Below, one piece after another: positions 8,759 through 16,947 of a DNA stretch of 26,688 nt. The DNA is taken from the NCBI GenBank assembly GCA_964607485.1, contig CAZSKP010000051.1, positions 1 through 26,688 of the forward strand. Reading direction: 5' to 3'. How positions within the stretch are numbered: position 1 is the first letter of the stretch; each line of letters starts with the position of its first letter. A program made the position numbers and the translations under genes. Origin of the DNA: an uncultured bacterium (lineage in GTDB: Bacteria; Abyssobacteria; SURF-5). Below the pieces are notes generated by a model, which ran no database searches, was not told the origin of the DNA, and saw only the letters and a program-made list of their open reading frames with translations.

Positions 8759-9808
8759 TCAGTCCACTTCGAGGACCGAATCTTTCTGATTGAATTCTCC
8801 GGTTACCTGGTTCGGGTTCTCGGGGTCCTCGCGCCACCGGCCGTCCACGATGAATTTGTACTTATACCTTCCGGGGTTCAGAGGAAGGCGCAAACTCCAC
8901 TTCCCGTCTTCCTGTTTCATCAACTTGTGATGCTCCGACGGGAACCAGTCGTTGAAGTCTCCAGCCACCTTCACGTCGTGCGCATCCGGGTCGAAGTAGG
9001 AAAACAGGACGCGAGCGGGAAAGGGCGCGGGAGTGTTGAACAGTTCGGGGTCGGTTGCGATTTCGAGCGCGAGGTCGGCAAAGTCCTCGTGCGCCACCGA
9101 GTACGGGGCATGCTTCCGTATGGGCAGTCCATGCATCGCCCCCTCGGCCAGCTTTACGGTTCGGTGTATCACCGCCTTGCAGAGGATTTCGCCGAAATCG
9201 GCGCCGAGCATCGAATGTATGCGTTTCGAGAAATTGGTGCGCGAATCAAACACGTTCGCAACCACCCTCGGGTGAATGGAATGGGCGGTGCGAGAACACA
9301 GCACGCTGATGGTCTCCAGCAGCCTGTGGGTGCCCTGCAGTGAGAATCGGCTCATGTCGATCGGAATCAGGGCCACCTGCGCCGCCCGGAGCGCATTCAT
9401 CGTCAGGAGCCCCACGCTGGGGGGAGAATCGATGATGCAAAAATCATACGAGGGAACGACTTCGACGAGGCATTCGCGCAGCCTGTCTTCGCGTCCCCTC
9501 TGTCCCGCAAGCTGCTGCTCCACCGCACTCAGGAGAATGTTGGCGGGAGCGAGCCACAGATTCTCCTCTATTTCGACCAGCACTTGAGAGAGGACGGTGG
9601 CGTCGTCCTCCTTGTTCGTGAGGGCGTTGTAAACGCTCGTTTCCAGCCCGTCCGCAGCTATTCCCAACGCCATCGCCGCGTGCCCCTGGGGGTCCATATC
9701 CACCAACAGGACCTTTTCGCCGGCCGCCGACAGGCATGCAGCCAAGTTCACAGCTACAGTCGTTTTTCCGCAACCACCCTTCTGGTTGACTACGGCGAGG
9801 GTTTTCAT
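8759..9808 (-). CDS. ParA/Soj family ATPase fused to a C-terminal CBM48/AMPK-beta-type glycogen-binding domain
   Basis: Deviant Walker A NQKGGCGKTT, LLVDMDPQG and Walker B IIDSPP; C-terminal VKVAGDFNDW...W...LPLNPGRYKYKFIVDGRWREDPENP. Confidence 0.9.
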   Translation of the reverse strand: MKTLAVVNQKGGCGKTTVAVNLAACLSAAGEKVLLVDMDPQGHAAMALGIAADGLETSVYNALTNKEDDATVLSQVLVEIEENLWLAPANILLSAVEQQLAGQRGREDRLRECLVEVVPSYDFCIIDSPPSVGLLTMNALRAAQVALIPIDMSRFSLQGTHRLLETISVLCSRTAHSIHPRVVANVFDSRTNFSKRIHSMLGADFGEILCKAVIHRTVKLAEGAMHGLPIRKHAPYSVAHEDFADLALEIATDPELFNTPAPFPARVLFSYFDPDAHDVKVAGDFNDWFPSEHHKLMKQEDGKWSLRLPLNPGRYKYKFIVDGRWREDPENPNQVTGEFNQKDSVLEVD

Positions 9809-9900
9809 GACCTCTCATCCCCCAATTGTAGTTTACTCCACCCATTCCCGGCAGCATTTATCTGAAAAGGGCGTTGCAGACATCCCATCCCCTGAGGGTA

Positions 9901-9929
9901 ATTATACCATCCCGAAAGATGGAAGTCAA
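9901..9929 (-). promoter_or_regulatory. Sigma70 promoter for the ParA-CBM48 gene
   Basis: TTGACT (9929-9924), 17-nt spacer, TATAAT (9906-9901) preceded by TGG, giving an extended -10. Confidence 0.75.
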
Positions 9930-9939
9930 AGGAAAAATG

Positions 9940-9980
9940 CAATATATAGGAAAATTTTTGACCATCGATACTATATATTG
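9940..9980. promoter_or_regulatory. Tandem NrdR-box-like sites
   Basis: CAATATATAG (9940-9949) and CTATATATTG (9971-9980) both match the NrdR core CwAtATaTwG and are offset by 31 bp. Confidence 0.6.
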
Positions 9981-10277
9981 GGCTCTTTAACCCATAGATT
10001 AAAGAACGGCGCGCCTGGACCACGGCGGCTCGTCCCGGCAGCTCGGCGGCAAAAATCGCTTGAAAAAAACGGTGAATCTGATAAGATTGAACCCGTTTCA
10101 TCCCGGTAGTGTCCGGCACAGAAAGTGGAGAATCGGTCTGCAAGAGCAAGCCGAACGGGAACGATGGAAGTGTAACAGCACCCCCGAAGCAGCGCCGTTT
10201 ACTTGAGCGGGTAGGTTATATGTACGCCTCGCGTCGCAGCGCTTTGCAGGCAGAATGCCTGCGCTACGACAGCATTC

Positions 10278-10367
10278 GTAGGGGCAGGCCCCCGTGCCTG
10301 CCCGGCTCGCGGATAATTGCTGTATTATTGGGGAAAAAAACGGGCAACCACGGGGGGTTGTCCCTCC
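10278..10367. repeat. GTAG-family REP doublet
   Basis: gtaggggcaggcccccgtgcctgccc (10278-10303) and a degenerate inverted partner gggcaaccacggggggttgtccctcc (10342-10367). Confidence 0.75.
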
Positions 10368-10380
10368 CAGAGGATTCCAG

Positions 10381-11463
10381 ATGATACAGTCGGAAGCAGG
10401 AGCGGACGCAAAGCGTTGTGAGGCGTCCCCGGCGATACGCAGCAGGAATCTGTCGCGAAAAGCCCTGATTCTCTTATTCTATCTTCTCACGGCGGGGATT
10501 GTGTTGTTCGTGTTCGTTGTGAGCCCGGGAATCAACGACCTCTTCCGCGCCAAGTTTCTGGATATGGTGTATTGGCGTGCCTGGAAGCCGTTTGTTTACA
10601 GGATGCTGTTGCCCACCACGGTCAGAGTGATTGCAGGAATCACACCGGAATCAGTGAAGGCGGCATTCGGAGCGGCGCTCGGCGACATGAGGATGGTGAA
10701 GATTCTGGGGTGGGAAAAAGAAGGCATGTACGAGTACGTCGTCGCGCTCGCGCTCATGCTCGGTTGTTACGTCGGCTTTGCCTATGCGCTGCGCTCTCTG
10801 ATACGACAGTTCTACGATTACCCTGCCTTTGTGTCGGACCTCGCGCCAGTCGGCGGATTGCTGGCTCTCGTGACTTTTTTCAGATACACCAGCTTCATTT
10901 ATGACCCCCCTACCCTTTTCCTGTTCACGCTGGCAGTGCTGCTCATCGTCACAAGGAGGCGCCTGCTGTTTTACATCGTGTTTATTTTGGCCACGCTGAA
11001 CAAGGAAACGTCGGTCCTGCTGATCGGAATTTTCTTCATCCGCGAGTTCAGGGAGATGCGCACCTCGCGTCTCGCAGGGCATCTGCTCTTTCAGGCGTAC
11101 ATCTGGGGCTCGTTCAAGGCACGGATTACGACCCTCTTCTTCAACAATCCGGGCTCGTTTGTCGAATATCATCTGACAGGCCACAATCTGCGCCTCTTAT
11201 CCAAGCCGTACAGCCTGCTCTACTTTGTCGGCGTGATTCTGATATTCGCGCTGTTGATTCGTCCCCGGTGGTCCGAGAAGCCCGCCTTTCTTCGTCACGG
11301 CCTCGTTATCACGCTGGTTCCGCTGATGTCGTTGGCGCTGTTCCTGGGGCTCATAGACGAGCTGCGGGGCTACTACGAGGCGTATTCTTTCCTCTTCCTC
11401 CTTTCGCTGCCGACGATAGTCGATGTGTTCGAGCTGCCGCACGATGTCCCCCAGGAAGAGTGA
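10381..11463 (+). CDS. Polytopic integral membrane protein, possibly GT-C-like glycosyltransferase
   Basis: Many hydrophobic helices; motifs PFVYRMLLP, YDPPTLFLF and LATLNKETS. ATG at 10381 follows GAGGA. The function is inferred only. Confidence 0.7.
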   Translation: MIQSEAGADAKRCEASPAIRSRNLSRKALILLFYLLTAGIVLFVFVVSPGINDLFRAKFLDMVYWRAWKPFVYRMLLPTTVRVIAGITPESVKAAFGAALGDMRMVKILGWEKEGMYEYVVALALMLGCYVGFAYALRSLIRQFYDYPAFVSDLAPVGGLLALVTFFRYTSFIYDPPTLFLFTLAVLLIVTRRRLLFYIVFILATLNKETSVLLIGIFFIREFREMRTSRLAGHLLFQAYIWGSFKARITTLFFNNPGSFVEYHLTGHNLRLLSKPYSLLYFVGVILIFALLIRPRWSEKPAFLRHGLVITLVPLMSLALFLGLIDELRGYYEAYSFLFLLSLPTIVDVFELPHDVPQEE

Positions 11464-11510
11464 ACTACCGTTTTCTCCGGAATGTGAGCCGGTCTCCCGG
11501 CAGCAGCGTG

Positions 11511-12206
11511 TCAGCGAACGAGCCGACGTTGAAAGCCCCGGCGCTTGCCAAACACGAGGAGGAGGAGAATTCCTGCGACGAATCCGCCTATGTGGGCGAA
11601 CCATGCGATGCCCTGCGTCGCCTCGGGTCCGGCGGAGAGGCTGGGCAGCCCGTAGAGAAGCTGCAGAAGGATAAAGACACCCAGGAAGAAGTAGGCAGGC
11701 ACCTCGATAAAGTAGAAGAAGATGAAGATGGGTATCAACGCCACCACCCGCGCCCTGGGGAAGAGCAGGAAATAAGCGCCAAGCACGCCCGATATCGCTC
11801 CGCTTGCGCCGATTGTCGGAATCGCTGAAGCGGGATGGGTGAATATGTGCGCCAGTGTGGCGGCCACGCCGCAGATGAGGTAGAACACCCCGAACTTGAA
11901 GTGACCGAAGTAATCCTCCACATTGTTCCCGAATATCCACAGAAAGAGCATGTTGCCTCCCAGATGGAGCAGCCCGCCGTGCATGAACATGCTTGTGAAT
12001 ATCGAGGCATATTGGCCGGGCGAGAGCGGGTTCGCCACAAACGCCTTCGGGACGATGGCGAGGCCTAGGGTGAATTGCTCGAAGTATTTGGCGCCGTGAG
12101 CGAGGTGGGAGAGCTGATACAGAAACATGGCAGTATTGGTGACGATTATCGAGATGGTGACCACTGGAAAGAGGCCGGCGGGATTCTTGTCTCTTATCGG
12201 AATCAT
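11511..12206 (-). CDS. Rhomboid family intramembrane serine protease
   Basis: MIPIRD start, FMHGGLLHLGGNMLFLWIFGNNVED, catalytic GASG, and AWFAHIGGFVAG. Confidence 0.95.
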   Translation of the reverse strand: MIPIRDKNPAGLFPVVTISIIVTNTAMFLYQLSHLAHGAKYFEQFTLGLAIVPKAFVANPLSPGQYASIFTSMFMHGGLLHLGGNMLFLWIFGNNVEDYFGHFKFGVFYLICGVAATLAHIFTHPASAIPTIGASGAISGVLGAYFLLFPRARVVALIPIFIFFYFIEVPAYFFLGVFILLQLLYGLPSLSAGPEATQGIAWFAHIGGFVAGILLLLVFGKRRGFQRRLVR

Positions 12207-15022
12207 TGTCTCGGGACTATTTGCACGGTCTTGATTTCGGCGGGCCCAAACGCAAGCTCCACCCTGCCCGCCCGTCGCCGGAGCGGACCCTTTGACACTC
12301 TCCTCTCCAGCAGGTTCACCTCATAGAGCATCGCGCTCTTCACCCACACGGCGAGCCGGGCGCGCTGAGAAGCGGCGGTCGTGTTATAGAGTCTGACCAG
12401 GTACGCCTTCTTCAGCCGGGACGGCTCAACGGCGCTGACGACCACGGCGGGATTGTCCACCTCGACGAGCGATGCCCCCTCTTTCACCTTTCCGCGGTGT
12501 CGGTTCGTCACGATGGCCACCGGCGGGAACGCGTAGGCGTGGGCCTGTCCGACGATGTCGGCTTCCTCGTAAGTTCTCCGGTAGCTCGTGAACGCAAACT
12601 CGAACGTATGGGGTCCCTTCGACTGCGCCCCCGGCGCCTCGAGCTCGGGCCCCGCCGCGGCCGGGCGCGACCGCAGGTCGGCACGCGAGACCCAGCCGAC
12701 AGAGCGCACAAGCGTGAGCGCAAGCGAGGTGGCATCCCCTTCGGAAGACGCCTCCACCTCGGGAACGCCTCGGTTGAACAGCGCCATGCCCACCGAGCCA
12801 TTCTCGACGCACGAAAACGTCTTCTGCGGCCCGGTGCCGACCGGCTGTTCGAAGCACCCGTCGCCACTCTCCGGTCTCGAGGGCCGCTCGACCACGCCGA
12901 ACGTGGTTTCCACGAAGACGGTGGGCGCGGCGAACGGCGCATTGAACACAACCCTCAGGCGGTGGTCGTCGCTCCGGTTGTCGAGCGAGGTGCGGAAATC
13001 GATCCGCTTGATGTTCCTGTATAGCGATACCAGCGTGGTCATTCGCGTCGCCACGCGAGTCGATGACCGGGCGTCGCGTTCAGGCGCAAGCGCGGCGGGA
13101 ATATCGAGCGAAACTTCCACGCTGAGCGTGGCCCTGACGAGGCCGTCTTCCACCACCGACACGTCGGGGGCACGCGATGGAGCGTCCACCACGTCGCCGC
13201 CCGGCACCTCGTCGAAGGTGTACGTGTCGCCCCGGTCGCCCTCGTCGATGAAGCGCAGGCACCTGCGGAACTCCGCGCCGGATTGTTTGTCCAGGATATC
13301 GAGCGTTCCATCGTCTCGAATCGAGACCGAATAGAAATCGTTTTCCAGCCCCTCTTGAGAGACCGTGAGCGTGCCTTCGGGAACCTCGGAGGTCTCCTCC
13401 GGCGAGAGCGAATAACCGGTGAGGCCAACGGGAGAGAGCCCGCGCGCGAAGAAACTCATCCGTGTTTTCGCGCCGGATATTCCCTTGATGTCCACGGTCT
13501 CGACTGCCGGATCGCTCAGGACGTCGAGCAGTTCTTTCTTCCGTTTGTCGAAATCGACCTCGCCCACGGGCGCGCGACCCATGATGAGATTCAGTTTCAG
13601 CGTCTTCCCCTCGCGCCGCCAGAGAATGTTGTTGATGTAAAACCCCAGCAGCTCCCTGCCTTCCATCCCGGCCACCTGCTCCCGAATCACCGCGGGCGAT
13701 TCCTGGAGCGCGAGGAACAGTTCGCGCTCGCCCACGGTCTTCTGGAGCGGCATGGGCGCGCCCCGGCGGTCCTTGAGAGAGTTCGCAAACTCGGGTTCCT
13801 CGATGTCTGCGACGACGTCGACGACCTGATTCGCGGCCGACGTCGGGTTGAACACGCAGAGCACCGCGTTTTCTGCGTCCGTCCAGGAGGTATCGAGACG
13901 GCCTGCTAGGAACGAGAGCGCGTCGTCGCGGAGGGTGTCGGCGATCTGCTCCACCTTGTCGAACCTCGTCTCCATCTCTTCGTGCACGGCATCGACGCTG
14001 CAGCCGCAAATGCTGTCGTGGGGATGGTTCTCCATCGTGAGCCGCCACGCGTGTTCGATGAAGTTGCGGTGCGGGCGCTCGTCTCCGCACAGAGACGCCC
14101 AGACACAGAGCGGCTCGACGTATTTCTCCAGGAGACGGCAATTTCGGAAGTCGCGCTGCTTCTGACGCACTCGGGCCGACGTGACGCCGGGAATCAGCGG
14201 CACCCGTTTCGAGCTCCGGAATTCGCCGGTGTGCACCGCCAGCGAGCGCGCCTGCCGCCGGGCCTGTTTGATGAACAGGCCGAGGTTTCCCATCTCGGCG
14301 GTCACCTTCAGCGCCCGCGCGGCCTTTTCGAGCTGTTCGGGGAGCCCGTCCTGCGGTTCGAGATGGTCGAGCCCGTTCATGATGAGCATGCTCTCGATGT
14401 CGCAGTACGATTCCTGCCGTCTCATCAGCTCGGAGAGACGCTCGCGCAATGCAGCGGGCTTGAGGGGCAGGAAAGCGCCGTTGCTGTATGAGTCGGCGAG
14501 ATACACCGTAAAGAGACGGGTGCCGTCGGGCGATTCCCACAAAAATTGCGTGCTCTTCACCGTGTCGCCGACGCCCCGCCACACAACCGCCGAGCGGATC
14601 CCAAAGCCCTCCAGGATTTGGGGCATCTGGGCGATGTGGCCGAACTGGTCGGGCAAATAGCCGATCATCGACGCTTTCCCGAACTTCTTGGCCATGGTGA
14701 TGCCCGCGCGGAGGTTGCGGATGAGCGACTCGCCCGTCACGAGGAATTCATCGGGCTGCACGTACCACGGCCCGATGATTATCCTCCCCTGCCGAACGAG
14801 TCTGCGGAGCCGCCCCTCGTTTTCGGGTCGGATGGCGAGATAATCGGAGAGAACGATCGTCTGCCCGTCGAGTTCGAAGTATTTGAATGCACGGTCGCTC
14901 TCGATGACCTCCAGGAGATGGTCCATCATCGAAACCAGCCGTTTGCGAAACCGCTCGAAGGGCATGTACCATTCCCTGTCCCAATGTGTGTGCGGAACGA
15001 CAACCAGGTGTCTGACGGTCAT
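12203..15022 (-). CDS. Glycoside hydrolase family 38 (alpha-mannosidase / MngB-like)
   Basis: HTHWDREWY, LDGQT, GPWYVQPDEFL, YLPDQFGH (nucleophile Asp), HDSICGCSVD and DEGDRGDTY. ATG at 15022 follows GAGGA. Confidence 0.93.
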   Translation of the reverse strand: MTVRHLVVVPHTHWDREWYMPFERFRKRLVSMMDHLLEVIESDRAFKYFELDGQTIVLSDYLAIRPENEGRLRRLVRQGRIIIGPWYVQPDEFLVTGESLIRNLRAGITMAKKFGKASMIGYLPDQFGHIAQMPQILEGFGIRSAVVWRGVGDTVKSTQFLWESPDGTRLFTVYLADSYSNGAFLPLKPAALRERLSELMRRQESYCDIESMLIMNGLDHLEPQDGLPEQLEKAARALKVTAEMGNLGLFIKQARRQARSLAVHTGEFRSSKRVPLIPGVTSARVRQKQRDFRNCRLLEKYVEPLCVWASLCGDERPHRNFIEHAWRLTMENHPHDSICGCSVDAVHEEMETRFDKVEQIADTLRDDALSFLAGRLDTSWTDAENAVLCVFNPTSAANQVVDVVADIEEPEFANSLKDRRGAPMPLQKTVGERELFLALQESPAVIREQVAGMEGRELLGFYINNILWRREGKTLKLNLIMGRAPVGEVDFDKRKKELLDVLSDPAVETVDIKGISGAKTRMSFFARGLSPVGLTGYSLSPEETSEVPEGTLTVSQEGLENDFYSVSIRDDGTLDILDKQSGAEFRRCLRFIDEGDRGDTYTFDEVPGGDVVDAPSRAPDVSVVEDGLVRATLSVEVSLDIPAALAPERDARSSTRVATRMTTLVSLYRNIKRIDFRTSLDNRSDDHRLRVVFNAPFAAPTVFVETTFGVVERPSRPESGDGCFEQPVGTGPQKTFSCVENGSVGMALFNRGVPEVEASSEGDATSLALTLVRSVGWVSRADLRSRPAAAGPELEAPGAQSKGPHTFEFAFTSYRRTYEEADIVGQAHAYAFPPVAIVTNRHRGKVKEGASLVEVDNPAVVVSAVEPSRLKKAYLVRLYNTTAASQRARLAVWVKSAMLYEVNLLERRVSKGPLRRRAGRVELAFGPAEIKTVQIVPRQ

Positions 15023-15140
15023 ATGAATATCCTCACGCGTTGAGTGCGCAAAACAAAAAGCCCAAAATGTCTCCACTTTGGACTTTCATCTGACGACTCT
15101 TTACGGTCCCTTGCCCAAATGATTTGTTTGCCGGAAAACT

Positions 15141-15232
15141 GGATTCCCGCTTTCGCGGGAATGACAGAATACGGGAATGACAAAACACTATGAATTCCCT
15201 GGATGTCATTCCCCGGCTCGTCCGGGGAATCC
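15141..15232. repeat. GTCATTCCC...GGGAATCC-type palindromic repeats in inverted arrangement
   Basis: ggattcccgctttcgcgggaatgac (15141-15165), partial cgggaatgac (15172-15181) and gtcattccccggctcgtccggggaatcc (15205-15232). Confidence 0.8.
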
Positions 15233-15312
15233 AGAAGAACTTATTTGAGCAATAGACTCTATCGTTGTCAAGCTTAACGGGCTCGAAACCGCGGGACGCG
15301 CTCGCCGGCATC

Positions 15313-16761
15313 TCAACTTATCGAGACCGGCTTCCTGAACTTCTCGGAAATCTTGCTTATGTGGGTGTTCAGTTCCTCGTAGAGCTCGTGCTTGAGCTGA
15401 TAGTAATATTCTCTGTTGAACCGCTCCCACTTCTTGATGAGGCGGTTGCCGTATCCTTTGACCAAGGCCGAGTGGAAGTCTCCCTTGAAGAAGCCCTTGA
15501 GCATCTGTGCGCGAGAGAAGAACTTCTTCATGGCGCGCACGGCCTCCTTCTGAAGCACGATGGGAACCATGTTCTTGGGCTTGAACACCACGTGGTGACC
15601 GTCGTAGAACTTCCAGTCGTACGTGAAGATCTTCTGCTCCGTGCCGAACTGCTCGAAGATTTCCGAGCCGGGAATCGGCGTCAGAATCATGAACTGGACC
15701 GTATCGATCTTGACGCGCTTTGCGAAACGGGCGGTCTCGCGGATGATGCGAACGTCGTCCTCGTCGGAGCCGAGCACGAACATGCCGTGTATGCGGATAC
15801 CGTGCTCGTGGAATTTTTTGATGCTCTCCGTGATGTCCTCCAGCGTCTGCCCTTTTGAGAAAAGCTCGAGCGTACGCGGGTTTATCGACTCGAACCCGAC
15901 GTAAACGGCGAAGCAGTTCGAGCGCTCCATCAGGTCGAGCAGCTCTTCGTCTTTGGCGGCATCGACGCGAACCTGCGCGGTCCATTCCGGCGTGATTCCG
16001 TCCGTTATCATCCGGCGCAGCAGCTCCTTCGTCCGTTCCTTCTTCGCCGTAAAATTGTCGTCGTAGAAGAAGATGGTCCGGTCCGTGTACGGTCGAATGT
16101 CTTCCAGCACCTTTTCGGTCGAGCGGAAACGGTACTTGCGGCCGAACATCGTGGTCACGGAACAGAACTTGCAGTTAAAAGGACAGCCGCGCGACGTGAG
16201 CACGGGAATGATCGGACTGTACTTGAAGAAACTCCGGGCGCCCGACCCGAACCCCTGGATGAGCGAGAGGTCGGGCGAGGGGTGCGAATCGAGGTCGGGG
16301 CAGAGCGCTCGCGCGGGGTTGTGCACGATCTTGCCGTTATCCCAGTAGGAGAGACCGGCCACCGAATCCATGGGGCGCTTTGCGTCGAGAGCTTCGATGA
16401 GCTCGACGATGGTATCCTCGCCCTCGCCCCGCACGACGAAGTCGGCGTGCTCGAGCGCTTCGTCGGGCAGGAAGGTGGGATGCGCTCCTCCCATGACGAC
16501 GGTCACTCCGTGCTGGCGCAGGTCGTCGGCCATCGCATATGCCCGGGGCGCGGTGGAGGTTATCGTGGAGATGCCCACGAGGTCGGCCGAATAAAGCTCG
16601 TTCTTGTCCGCCTTATGAATCTCCTCCACATACACCTTCACGTCGTGGCCGAGGTCGCGCAGCACGGTGCCGAGCAGGATCGTCCCCAACCGCGGCAAAA
16701 GCCATTTGCTGTATATGTGGAAGCCCGGGGCCTTGGGTTCGACAAACACTATTTTCTTCAA
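15313..16761 (-). CDS. B12-binding domain radical SAM protein
   Basis: DLVGIST and VVMGGAHPT..P.EAL..ADFVVRGEGE (B12-binding domain); TSRGCPFNCKFC (CxxxCxxC); FFYDDNF. TTG start follows AGGAGG. Confidence 0.93.
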   Translation of the reverse strand: MKKIVFVEPKAPGFHIYSKWLLPRLGTILLGTVLRDLGHDVKVYVEEIHKADKNELYSADLVGISTITSTAPRAYAMADDLRQHGVTVVMGGAHPTFLPDEALEHADFVVRGEGEDTIVELIEALDAKRPMDSVAGLSYWDNGKIVHNPARALCPDLDSHPSPDLSLIQGFGSGARSFFKYSPIIPVLTSRGCPFNCKFCSVTTMFGRKYRFRSTEKVLEDIRPYTDRTIFFYDDNFTAKKERTKELLRRMITDGITPEWTAQVRVDAAKDEELLDLMERSNCFAVYVGFESINPRTLELFSKGQTLEDITESIKKFHEHGIRIHGMFVLGSDEDDVRIIRETARFAKRVKIDTVQFMILTPIPGSEIFEQFGTEQKIFTYDWKFYDGHHVVFKPKNMVPIVLQKEAVRAMKKFFSRAQMLKGFFKGDFHSALVKGYGNRLIKKWERFNREYYYQLKHELYEELNTHISKISEKFRKPVSIS

Positions 16762-16819
16762 TTTCTGTTTATTCCTCCTGAGTATTAAGGGTTCTTAATG
16801 CCGGTAAAAAGTTTGTTTT

Positions 16820-16903
16820 ATCATACATGAGCGAGTCGATAAGGTCAACGGTTTTTTTTGCGCTCGACCCGTTTTGACTAGAGCACCGGTTTTATGCTAA
16901 AGT
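16820..16903. promoter_or_regulatory. Divergent sigma70 promoters for the radical SAM gene and pyrG
   Basis: Minus strand: TTGACC (16848-16843), 17 nt, TATGAT (16825-16820). Plus strand: TTGACT (16874-16879), 18 nt, TG-extended TAAAGT (16898-16903). Confidence 0.6.
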
Positions 16904-16947
16904 ATCTCCGGTATCATTAGTCCAGCTATCCTGAGTTTGTAGACCCC

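Noticed and set aside
8759-9808. Chromosomal parAB/oriC locus
   Set aside because: No parB, dnaA or gidAB neighbours, and I saw no parS palindrome or DnaA-box cluster.
12426-15043. Long alternative ORFs such as 13080..14582 (500 aa)
   Set aside because: Arg/Gly/Pro-rich off-frame or antisense products of the GC-rich GH38 gene, with no recognisable motifs.
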